A DNA stretch of 32,000 bases from positions 2,370,001 through 2,402,000 of the forward strand of contig NZ_LT549890.1 of NCBI RefSeq assembly GCF_900079115.1, written 5' to 3'. The notes below the pieces were generated by a model, which did not search any database, had not been told where the DNA came from, and saw nothing but the letters and a program-made list of their open reading frames with translations. Position 1 is the stretch's first letter. Each line of letters starts with the position of its first letter. Shown piece by piece: positions 9,912 through 18,233 of the stretch. Both the position numbers and the translations under genes were made by a program. Origin of the DNA: Saccharolobus solfataricus. GTDB taxonomy: Archaea > Thermoproteota > Thermoprotei_A > Sulfolobales > Sulfolobaceae.

Positions 9912-11350
9912 CAGTGGTGTTTCACCAAATTATTTCATTTGAAAGATATAATATTAGCACTTTCAAAAAGAGATTGATATAGAGAAAAACAATAAAATTA
10001 TTATGAAACATAACATGTTAAAATAATTTGCAAAAAATATAGCGTACAATTCTAATAATAAGAGGAGAATTCTGAATTTTTCTCACGTGGTGAAAACGAC
10101 GTGCATAGTCTCCTCTGAACACCGAGAAAGTTAGAGAAGCTTGACGAATGAATCGAAGGACAAAACCTTCTTACACGTGGACTTGAAGTTAAAGAGAAGA
10201 TGATTCACTAGATTCCACGCAGAATCCAGAACCGTATAATAGAGGAACAAGAAGATCTTATTACTCAACTTCCTAACATACCTTATCCTTGCCTTCCTAA
10301 CCTTAAAACCCTCCTCAACCTGCCACCTCAACCTATAGAGTTCAGCCAGTTCATAGGGATCTCCCTCGAAGTTCGTTACGAACATGAAGTGCCTCGGCTT
10401 TCCCTTAACGTAAACCACATCGTAATAATAAAGCCCTTCAAATTCCAAGACCCTATACGCAACGTAAACCTTGTCCTTAACCTCGTATCTCTTCTCAACT
10501 AATGGAACGTTAGATAGTTCCTTGAATCCCTTCAAGTTCGACTTTCCTCTCACAATGGTCTTCACGGGCATTTCCTTGATGACCCCTAGGTTCAAGAATC
10601 CGGCGTCAGCTACAACGTAATCTATTTCCATGTATTGGCTTACTTCCCTCACGCTCCTGAGTAGGAACTGTGATGGACTGTCGCTTCTCAAATCTGCTAC
10701 CTCCACTAGGAGGGGTAACCTTAAGGGATATACGAGGTCCAAGGATCTCATCTTTACTCCTTTTCTCTTCCAGTTGTAGAGTAGAAAGCCCTCTGCTTTT
10801 TCTTGTTCCTTTTCTCCCACGGTTAATCCGGTCTCATCTACAGCGACTACGTTGATCTCTCCCTTTACTTCTCTGTAGATTGGGTAGAACTTGAAGGTTC
10901 TCTGACCTTTACTAATTACTTTCTCGCCTCGTCTTACTACCTTCAAGTAGTATTTTCCTCTGTTTCCGGTTAGCAAGGATGGCGCTGCTTTCACTATTTC
11001 CGGGTCTAGATCTTGAGAGATAACGTTAATATTGATTGTTGCTAAATTTATAGCGAGGGACTTCAGCTCCGTTTTGGATACTTGTATGGTTTGCATAACG
11101 GAGTTATGGAGTCCCTCGCTTTAACCTTTTCTTGTTCATCTCGTCCTTCCACCTACTTTCCTCTATTGATAATACTAGACAAATGGTATTACTCTTTATA
11201 TATAAACTCGTTTTCTGTTAGTTTCTTCAACAAATATGAAAATTTTTTGCTTCTTGTGTTGAAATAAGCCGATTTTTCTAACTCCGCTCTGATATTTTTC
11301 TCTTCCATAGAAATTGTATCATTTTGAGTAAAATTGGTGAAACACCACTG
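9912..11350 (-). mobile_element. ISC1439 insertion sequence (complete, 1439 bp)
   Basis: 17-bp perfect terminal inverted repeats: cagtggtgtttcaccaa at 9912-9928 and its reverse complement at 11334-11350. The span is exactly 1439 bp and encloses one intact DDE transposase ORF. Visibly more GC-rich than the flanks. Confidence 0.85.
10131..11096 (-). CDS. DDE transposase of ISC1439 (IS4-like)
   Basis: 321 aa. Candidate DDE residues in VVAVDETGL, VVADAGFLN and YRLRWQVEEGFKVRK (the Y-x2-R-x3-E signature). Confidence 0.85.
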   Translation of the reverse strand: MQTIQVSKTELKSLAINLATININVISQDLDPEIVKAAPSLLTGNRGKYYLKVVRRGEKVISKGQRTFKFYPIYREVKGEINVVAVDETGLTVGEKEQEKAEGFLLYNWKRKGVKMRSLDLVYPLRLPLLVEVADLRSDSPSQFLLRSVREVSQYMEIDYVVADAGFLNLGVIKEMPVKTIVRGKSNLKGFKELSNVPLVEKRYEVKDKVYVAYRVLEFEGLYYYDVVYVKGKPRHFMFVTNFEGDPYELAELYRLRWQVEEGFKVRKARIRYVRKLSNKIFLFLYYTVLDSAWNLVNHLLFNFKSTCKKVLSFDSFVKLL

Positions 11351-11376
11351 GGCAACCTCTTTAATTTATACGCGGG

Positions 11377-12210
11377 CTAAATTACTTTATTACTAACCAA
11401 TACTAATTTTGCCCTTGATTTATTAAGTATTTCCTTTAGAATTTCTTTAAACTCCTCTAGATGAACTTCATGTTCTTCTATAACTATGATATCATTCTCG
11501 CTTGAATTCTTAATGAAATAGACTATAGGAAATAAGCTTAATACAGTAGGGTCCGCATTATATAGTATATTATCATCACAGTACACTTCATCATCTTTAA
11601 TGTAGATTTTATGTCCTAGAACCTCTTCAGAATACCCTTGTGGCAAGACCATTGAGTTTATGAAATCAGAAATTATGCCAAGCGTCTTTGGGATACCTGG
11701 AGCTCCCTCGAACTTAATGGGAAGAAATTTATAGAATGATGCTATTAATCCTGCCCTGATTGCAGGTATAATATGTGGTCTCTTCTTATTAATATCTGAA
11801 AAGTAAAAGGAGTCTATCCTAACTAAACTCCTAATCTTATCTTCTTGTTGCTTTATCTCCGGTAAAGTCTTCAACTCTACTTTAGCTTCAACCTTACCGT
11901 TTTGAATACTCCCTGTGATAGACATTTTAAGTGAGGTTATTCTAAAGTATAATTCTAATGTTAATAACTTAGCTAAAGTTAGTTCATTTGTTAAAATGTG
12001 AGTGAATTGTCTTTCAAACTCGTTTTTCCAATCTACGAGTGGATCTTTAGCTATTATTCCATAAAGTCTAGGAATAAGAAATATTGTCTTAGTTAGATAA
12101 TAGTAAATTCTCCCTATCACAATCCTATCCTTTCCGTTAATTATTTCACTTTGTTTATTATCATTATTAATTCTAACACTAGCAAAAGGAGTTTTTATCT
12201 CTATTTCCAT
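11377..12210 (-). CDS. Hypothetical protein, no recognisable motif
   Basis: 277-aa uninterrupted ORF with host-like AT-rich codon usage. Its stop lies 27 nt from the ISC1439 end. I recognise no family. Confidence 0.5.
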   Translation of the reverse strand: MEIEIKTPFASVRINNDNKQSEIINGKDRIVIGRIYYYLTKTIFLIPRLYGIIAKDPLVDWKNEFERQFTHILTNELTLAKLLTLELYFRITSLKMSITGSIQNGKVEAKVELKTLPEIKQQEDKIRSLVRIDSFYFSDINKKRPHIIPAIRAGLIASFYKFLPIKFEGAPGIPKTLGIISDFINSMVLPQGYSEEVLGHKIYIKDDEVYCDDNILYNADPTVLSLFPIVYFIKNSSENDIIVIEEHEVHLEEFKEILKEILNKSRAKLVLVSNKVI

Positions 12211-12643
12211 ATGTGCTATTTGAATCTTAAAAATAAAAAGAGTTTTAGAAACTCCTCGTTGTACGGTAGACTAAAAAATCATTTTAGGAAAAATAATTCT
12301 AATTTTCCAATATAAGATCGCAGAGTAACGATAAAACCAATTGCAGTTAGCATTTATAGGAAAATCGTTACACTTTTACGTTACGTTAAAAATCTATAAT
12401 AAATCTTTCCTGGTTAGATGAAAAATGTTTATTGATAAGCTATAATATTAAGAAGTACAATGAGAAAGATATTTATAAATACATGGATAAATATTTTGAC
12501 TTTTTATGATAATGGAATTTCCTAAAACTACTATTGCAGTATATGGAAACTAATTAACTGAAAAAGATTTAAAGCGAGAAATCCTATATAGAAAGCCTCT
12601 ATTAGCTACCTTGTAATCGCTGAGTGAGAAGCTAACCTTGTTG

Positions 12644-12826
12644 TCAAGTTGACCACTTGAATTGCGTGAAGTAACATTGTGGGATGAGAGTGAAGACCTT
12701 AAAGCTGAAGTAGCTTCTGTTCCTCTGCTTGGTGAACTCTCCCTTGAACCTCCTCCTTATCTTGTACTTCATGTAGTAGTTGATTAGTTTAGCTGCACTC
12801 TTTTGATCTCCCTTATATAAAACATA
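12644..12826 (-). pseudogene. 3' fragment of a disrupted transposase-like ORF (host IS remnant, distal half)
   Basis: Open frame reading YVLYKGDQKSAAKLINYYMKYKIRRRFKGEFTKQRNRSYFSFKVF... It is in frame with ORF 15426-15635 once the intervening IS110 element is removed. Confidence 0.4.
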
Positions 12827-12921
12827 TTAGTCAGATCTGCGTATTACAGATCTGACTGGGGTTGAGGCCGTTGATCTCCTTGGGCTTAGAGCTCGAGAGG
12901 GAGCTTGGCCTCCTCCAATTC

Positions 12922-14280
12922 CAGTATGGGAATCTCATTTTTTGCGTAAAAAACGAGATGAATGGAATACAGAAAAAGTTGAGAGGATGAGAATTTCTGG
13001 AGAAAAGTTTGTATATACGAGGGCGAACCTGAATATATGAAACATGAGAATACAACTAAACCGGCGAAGTTCAACCGGGACTTCGCCAGGTCCGCCCTCA
13101 AGATAATTTACTCGGTCCTCACTAAAATACTTTTCCCTGAGGAACTCCTCAGTGCCTTGCTTAAGGCGAGTGGGAGCTACTTGAGCAGGTTGGGGAAAGA
13201 TGGGAGAAGAGCGTTGAGAAAGTTGAACGCGGTTCAAGTTGAGGACGTGAGGGATGCGTTGAGGAAGATGGGAAGGATGACGTTAAGGGGAGTCAGGGAC
13301 AGGAGGGTAGCAGTGGACTTCCATGCCATACCTCAATATCACGCTGACAAGAGTTTCTTGAGTAGGATAAAGCCAACTAAGGGGACGTCGTGGGGACTGG
13401 TTCAAGCTGCGATCTTCCTCCTGGGGAGGACGAGGAGCTTCTTGGACGTGATCCCAGTGACCGTGAAGAACGTAGCTGAAGGTTTCAAGGCGGTGATGGA
13501 GGTAATCGTGAAGGAGTTGGAGGAGGACAAGCTGAGGCTCGTCATGGTCTTCGCGGACAGGGAGTTCGCGGTGAACGAAGTGATTAGGTTCCTCTTGGAG
13601 TTGGGCTTGGACTTCGTCATATCTGCCAAGGCCCAGATGTACAAGAAGTACAAGGGGATGTTGCAAGATGTGGATGTGAGTTTTGGCGGAGTTAGATATA
13701 CTGGATTTCTCTGCGTGAGACATGGGAGTGGAGCTTATCTCATTATTCTGAGGAAGGAAGACGGCAAGATTATTGCCTTCCTCGTGAGGAAGGAGATGGA
13801 TCTTTATGATGCCATAGTCCTTGCCGAGATGTATAGGGAGAGGTGGGGGATAGAGAACGCCTTCCGCTCTCTTGAGGAGTTCAGGATCAGGACTAGGACT
13901 TGTGACGTGAGGAAGGAATTGGTTCTCGTTCTGCTTTCCTATCTTCTCTTGAATGTCTGGTTCTTGATCCGCTCTTGGAGGAAGGTAAAGTTGTGGGAGT
14001 TCTCGGTCTCCCTCTCGAATCTCCTCGATCGGGAGGTAAGAGTGGAACAAGAACGCGCGTTCCGTGAAGTGAAGACGTCATTCCCCCAGACTCCAGCTAA
14101 CCCTATGCACCTCCTTCCAGCTACGTGAAATTAATTCTATATATTTATATTCTGCTATTGAAAACTGACTTATTAACTGTCATTTTCATAAAATATATGC
14201 AGTTATATTTGAATAAAACTGGTGCGGTTCAATCTTACATATATTATCATTTATATCAGAAAAATGAGATTCCCATACTG
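12922..14280 (+). mobile_element. ISC1359 insertion sequence (complete, 1359 bp), nested inside the IS110 element
   Basis: 21-bp perfect terminal inverted repeats: cagtatgggaatctcattttt at 12922-12942 and its reverse complement at 14260-14280. The span is exactly 1359 bp. Flanked by the direct repeat attc (12918-12921 and 14281-14284). Confidence 0.85.
13037..14128 (+). CDS. DDE transposase of ISC1359 (IS4-like)
   Basis: 363 aa. Candidate DDE residues in VAVDFHAIPQY, VFADREFAV and YRERWGIENAFRSLEE. Confidence 0.85.
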   Translation: MKHENTTKPAKFNRDFARSALKIIYSVLTKILFPEELLSALLKASGSYLSRLGKDGRRALRKLNAVQVEDVRDALRKMGRMTLRGVRDRRVAVDFHAIPQYHADKSFLSRIKPTKGTSWGLVQAAIFLLGRTRSFLDVIPVTVKNVAEGFKAVMEVIVKELEEDKLRLVMVFADREFAVNEVIRFLLELGLDFVISAKAQMYKKYKGMLQDVDVSFGGVRYTGFLCVRHGSGAYLIILRKEDGKIIAFLVRKEMDLYDAIVLAEMYRERWGIENAFRSLEEFRIRTRTCDVRKELVLVLLSYLLLNVWFLIRSWRKVKLWEFSVSLSNLLDREVRVEQERAFREVKTSFPQTPANPMHLLPAT

Positions 14281-14334
14281 ATTCGGACCGGAAGTTGGGC
14301 TTGAAGCCCGAATAAAACATAAGGGTGAGTATAC

Positions 14335-15285
14335 ATGGAGGCCCCAGTCGCCGGAATAGATGTTTCAAAAGATAAATTAGTAGTGTACTTCCAAGGTAAA
14401 TACTATGAATTTCAAAATAATAAGCAAGGTTTTGAAGGAGTAAAGCAAGTCTTGCCAAAGGGTTGTAAAGTTGCTATAGAAAGTACGGGAGTTTACCACA
14501 TCAACTTGGCTAAGTACTTGGGTAAGGAGTACGACGTGAGGATTATTAATCCCCTCGTACTCAAGAAGTTCAAGAACATTAGGGGTAAGAAGAGTGATAA
14601 GAATGACGCTAAAAAGCTCGCTGAACTAGTTATAAGTATGGGCAGTGAGTTTACAACGAGTGAGGCTAAGGAGTTAACAAGCCAATGGGATTTTATCACA
14701 AGGAGCATTGTTAGGGTTAAGAATAGGCTAAGGAGAGATTTAATACTTCTAGGCTATAAGGACAGTTTGTCCAAGAAGAACTTGAATGAGGTATTGAGGG
14801 GGGAGGATAATATAGTATTGTCTGAGGTTAGGTTCCTCTTGGACGAGTTGGAGAGGCTTGAGGTTAGGAAGAGGGAGATTGAGGAAGAGCTTGAGGATCT
14901 TGTTCCTAAGGATAGTTTGATCTTCACGATTCCGGGTATTGGCAGAACGCTGGGTTGTATAATTTTAGCAAGGGTTGGTGATGTTAAGCGTTTTGGTGAC
15001 AAGAAGAGGTTTGTCGCTTACTGTGGTCTCGATCCTCTTGTTGAATCCAGTGGGAAGAGTGTTGTATCGAGAGGCATATCTAGGAGGGGTGATGCTGTTT
15101 TGAGGAGGGCTTTCTATCTTGCAGCTTTAACTGCTATCAAGGTTAATCCTATTATTAAGCGGTTTTATGAGGAGCACAAGGAGAATTTGAAGGGTAAGAA
15201 GTTGATTACTGCTTGTGCCAGGAAGCTTGCTGTTATTACTTGGGCTGTGCTGTATTATAATAAGCCCTTTGATGCTAACGAGTAA
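14335..15285 (+). CDS. IS110-family DEDD transposase/recombinase
   Basis: 316 aa. N-terminal RuvC-like motifs GIDVSKDKL, AIESTGVYH and SDKNDAKKLAEL. C-terminal Transposase_20-like region IPGIGRTLGCIILARVGDVKRF...YCGLDPLVESSGKS...RGISRRGDAVLRRAFY. Confidence 0.9.
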   Translation: MEAPVAGIDVSKDKLVVYFQGKYYEFQNNKQGFEGVKQVLPKGCKVAIESTGVYHINLAKYLGKEYDVRIINPLVLKKFKNIRGKKSDKNDAKKLAELVISMGSEFTTSEAKELTSQWDFITRSIVRVKNRLRRDLILLGYKDSLSKKNLNEVLRGEDNIVLSEVRFLLDELERLEVRKREIEEELEDLVPKDSLIFTIPGIGRTLGCIILARVGDVKRFGDKKRFVAYCGLDPLVESSGKSVVSRGISRRGDAVLRRAFYLAALTAIKVNPIIKRFYEEHKENLKGKKLITACARKLAVITWAVLYYNKPFDANE

Positions 15286-15425
15286 AGCAGGTGATATCAC
15301 TTGAATAAGTAGTGTGTACTATGCTTGATTTTCACGGAAAGGTTCTTATACCGGAAGCTTCCTTAGCTCGAGTTCTATCTTCTTCCACAAGGTTTCCTTG
15401 TTCCTCTTCCCGAATGGGACTTCAA

Positions 15426-15635
15426 TTAGGAAAGAGTCCACAGCTCCCCGACCTTACCGTACAACGCGCTGCTTGGTAAGTAATCAGCTAGTGTAATCAT
15501 CTTTTTCTCCAACTTCTTTCCGTACTCTCTGAATAGAATCTTTATCTCTTCCTTGAGCTTCTTGGCTCTCCTATGGGTTTCTGACTTGCATTGCCTAAGG
15601 AACCACCTTACTACTATGTCTAATGGTAGCTCCAA
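15426..15635 (-). pseudogene. Middle fragment of the disrupted transposase-like ORF (host IS remnant, proximal half)
   Basis: 69-codon frame that ends at a TAA lying inside the attag junction repeat. The frame continues into 12644-12826 across the IS110 insertion. Confidence 0.4.
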
Positions 15636-15955
15636 ACTTCCCTATAAGAGCACGTCCATACTACCATTACTATTAACACTCTTAGCACGTAGAGGTCTGA
15701 GAAGCGCGATAGCACTGTTGACGTGATTAGTAAGTGGTTTATTTTCACAAGAGTTTTATGTCTTGAAGCTAAGTTTTCATAGGGGACGGGCCGTTGTAGT
15801 ACTTTAGCCATGGTTTCATAAGAATCAATACTACATTCTGCCGGTCCCTTTAAGTATTACTTCCCTTTTAGCTTCAAGAGAAAATTCAAAATTTCTCAAT
15901 AACTCATCTCATTTTCTGAATAATTATCTATAAATCGTTACATAGATTTATTCAA

Positions 15956-16249
15956 TTATTTGCGCTTTGGACACTCTCTTGAGTAATCGAGGCTTGTGGG
16001 GATGATCTTCAATTGTTCTAAGGCTCTTAATACTCCTTCTATTGCTCTGTAAGGTAGGAAGATGTGGAGGAAGGCTAGGAAGTCGTTGAACTCCTTCGGA
16101 GCTTTATACTTTGTCCTAGCGTTCCTGTTCTCCTCTGCTAATAAGTCCCACCAATGTTCGAATACGTAGAAGGGGAACATCAACTTATATCTAGTAATGA
16201 CGTTCTCGTCGTACTTGCTCCAGTCCCTCTTGTACTTACTCTTTCCCAT
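15956..16249 (-). pseudogene. IS5-like transposase N-terminal ORF (first ORF or N-terminal fragment of the host IS remnant)
   Basis: 97 aa. RDWSKYDENV and FLHIFLPYRAIEGVLRAL resemble the conserved DWSxYN and LPYRQxEGF N-terminal blocks of IS5-family transposases. No DDE domain follows in frame. Confidence 0.5.
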
Positions 16250-16325
16250 AGGTAATACTTAAACGAATAATTTATAAACTTTTTGTACAATTCTGAAGCA
16301 ATCCACAAAGCATGGTGTAAAGAAA

Positions 16326-16336
16326 GATTTATATAG
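16326..16336 (+). promoter_or_regulatory. Candidate TATA box of the pilin operon
   Basis: gatttatatag is centred about 30 nt upstream of the ATG at 16362. That spacing fits a leaderless or near-leaderless Sulfolobus transcript. Confidence 0.4.
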
Positions 16337-16349
16337 AACTATAATGTAG

Positions 16350-16796
<447 letters not shown>

Positions 16797-16833
16797 AAAA
16801 GAGGAGAAAAAAGGTGAAATTTTTGTATTCTTC

Positions 16834-17535
16834 TTGTTTATTTTTCTTTTTCAATTAGCCCTTTCATTAACTTTAGTAGCGATGTCTGAATCTTCTTTAA
16901 TTTCTGGTACATTTGTAATCTATAACGGTACCTCAACTTATTATCTCCAGAATGGGTCTATATTATTTCAAAAATTTTCTATAATTCAAGTTATAAACAA
17001 GACCTTTAACAACGGAACAGTTTTAGTTGGTATAAGTATAATATCATGGAACACATCAATGCAAAGTAAGTTTTTGTATTCAGTAATGAACTCTACTCTC
17101 CCATTACCATTTTATTACGTCTCACCCTATTTACTAGGAGAAGAAAACATTAGTGTGAATGAGGTAGAACTCTTTTACGTTAATCATACTAACTCTTATT
17201 ACGTTTATCTTGGAAAAGGTAATATAGATGGTGTAATTATAAAAACCTATTTTTATTTTAAGCCTGATGGTCTGGCGGATAAGGTAATTAACTTACAGCT
17301 AGGTGCAAATGGTAAGATAGTAAGTGAGACTACATTAGCTTTATGGATAACGAATTTCAATAATACGAGTATTGGGATACCTCACTTTAAGGGAATTACA
17401 ACTGCAAGTGCAAGTAATGAAATATCTGTTAGTCTTTTTCCGGTATATGCTAAAATCATGGAATATATTATAATGGCTGGGGCCATTCTTGTTATGATAA
17501 TCCTTTTATTTAGGGGTACTAAGCGGGTAAGATAG
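16834..17535 (+). CDS. Secreted or C-terminally anchored sequon-rich protein, paralog A (unknown function)
   Basis: 233 aa. Hydrophobic N-terminus, C-terminal TM (IIMAGAILVMIILLF) followed by basic residues, and at least 10 N-x-S/T sequons. The TTG start is uncertain; the next in-frame ATG is at 16882. Confidence 0.6.
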   Translation: MFIFLFQLALSLTLVAMSESSLISGTFVIYNGTSTYYLQNGSILFQKFSIIQVINKTFNNGTVLVGISIISWNTSMQSKFLYSVMNSTLPLPFYYVSPYLLGEENISVNEVELFYVNHTNSYYVYLGKGNIDGVIIKTYFYFKPDGLADKVINLQLGANGKIVSETTLALWITNFNNTSIGIPHFKGITTASASNEISVSLFPVYAKIMEYIIMAGAILVMIILLFRGTKRVR

Positions 17536-17537
17536 TT

Positions 17538-18233
17538 ATGTCTTCTCCTCTTTGGTTTCTCTTCGTGATAGTCTTATTTCCTCACGCCTTTGTAGAGTAT
17601 TCGCTTCATATCCAAGTAGATTATAATAACCAAGTCTACCATTTATCAGAACTTCTTTTTGAAAACGTTACAAAAGTCTACTATAGTAATTCAACCTTTG
17701 TTTATAATCTGACTGTTTATGTTCTCAATTTCTCTCAGATTCTAACCTCTTCTGCAATTCTAGATAATTTTTCTCTACCAAAAACTTTTTTCTACATTCC
17801 TAACCCTGGCGAACCAGTAGTTGAAAGAAGTGTTATCTTATCTTTACTATCCTCAAATGATTCTAACTATATATACTATGGGAAGACTTTTATAGGTTAT
17901 GTTGAGCTTGAGTATTTTTATTATGTTAATTCAACTGGAGTCCCATATAAGATCATTATCCTTCAAATAGGGGAGAGTGGGCAGTTAGTCAGCAATACTA
18001 CATATATTTTAGTGAAATCAAATCTTGTAAATCCTAACGAGCAACCAATACTCCCAGAAGGCTTTAAAATTGCAAATGGTAGCGAAGTCGTTAATGTACC
18101 TATTTCTTTAGGTCTAAACTCAGCCTTAGATCAGCTGGTTGGCAAATATATAAGTTTTGTAACTCTTTTACTCGTTTTTGTATTTTTGACGGTGAGATTT
18201 TATGCATCGAGAAAGAAGACTTCAAGTAATTGA
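17538..18233 (+). CDS. Secreted or C-terminally anchored sequon-rich protein, paralog B (unknown function)
   Basis: 231 aa. Signal-like N-terminus, C-terminal TM (FVTLLLVFVFLTV) plus basic tail, and 9 sequons. Alignable with paralog A. The ATG lies 2 nt after the upstream stop. Confidence 0.65.
   Translation: MSSPLWFLFVIVLFPHAFVEYSLHIQVDYNNQVYHLSELLFENVTKVYYSNSTFVYNLTVYVLNFSQILTSSAILDNFSLPKTFFYIPNPGEPVVERSVILSLLSSNDSNYIYYGKTFIGYVELEYFYYVNSTGVPYKIIILQIGESGQLVSNTTYILVKSNLVNPNEQPILPEGFKIANGSEVVNVPISLGLNSALDQLVGKYISFVTLLLVFVFLTVRFYASRKKTSSN

Larger units (their letters stand above)
12831..15424 (+). mobile_element. IS110-family insertion sequence (about 1.23 kb once the nested ISC1359 is removed; ISC1229 size class), interrupted in its 5' non-coding arm
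   Basis: Intact IS110-type transposase at 14335-15285. The pentamer attag flanks both proposed ends (12826-12830 and 15425-15429). Arithmetic: 2594 bp minus 1359 minus a 4-bp duplication gives 1231 bp. A 9-bp-stem palindrome sits at the left terminus (12831-12855). Boundaries are inferred, not proven. Confidence 0.6.

Noticed and set aside
10670-11267. Two 61-aa plus-strand ORFs (10670-10855 and 11082-11267) within ISC1439
   Set aside because: The first is antisense to the transposase. The second lies in the IS leader region with no motif. Both are short and unsupported.
12327-12371. 8-bp inverted repeat gtaacgat ... atcgttac in the AT-rich spacer upstream of the 277-aa gene
   Set aside because: It is short, single and in low-complexity sequence, so it could easily arise by chance.
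12831-13237. Three overlapping minus-strand ORFs (74, 71 and 100 aa) across the IS110 left arm and ISC1359 left end
   Set aside because: They cross IS boundaries defined by perfect inverted repeats and overlap the ISC1359 transposase start, so they cannot be native genes.
13283-14081. 255-aa, 83-aa and 62-aa minus-strand ORFs inside ISC1359
   Set aside because: They are antisense to an intact DDE transposase. The long open antisense frames result from the higher GC content of this IS. The products are Pro/Glu/Leu/His-rich and motif-free.
14297-14313. Small stem-loop gggcttgaagccc / attcgg...ccgaat just right of ISC1359
   Set aside because: The stems are only 4-6 bp and mutually exclusive, which is too weak to call as a structure on its own. 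The region is mentioned only in the context of the IS110 non-coding arm.
14186-15002. Minus-strand ORFs of 90, 71 and 82 aa around and inside the IS110 transposase gene
   Set aside because: They are antisense shadows or cross the ISC1359 right inverted repeat. The products are low-complexity Ser/Leu-rich sequences.
15620-15811. 63-aa minus-strand ORF in the IS remnant
   Set aside because: The translation does not look protein-like, and it overlaps the palindromic segment. I treat it as degenerate IS sequence rather than a gene.
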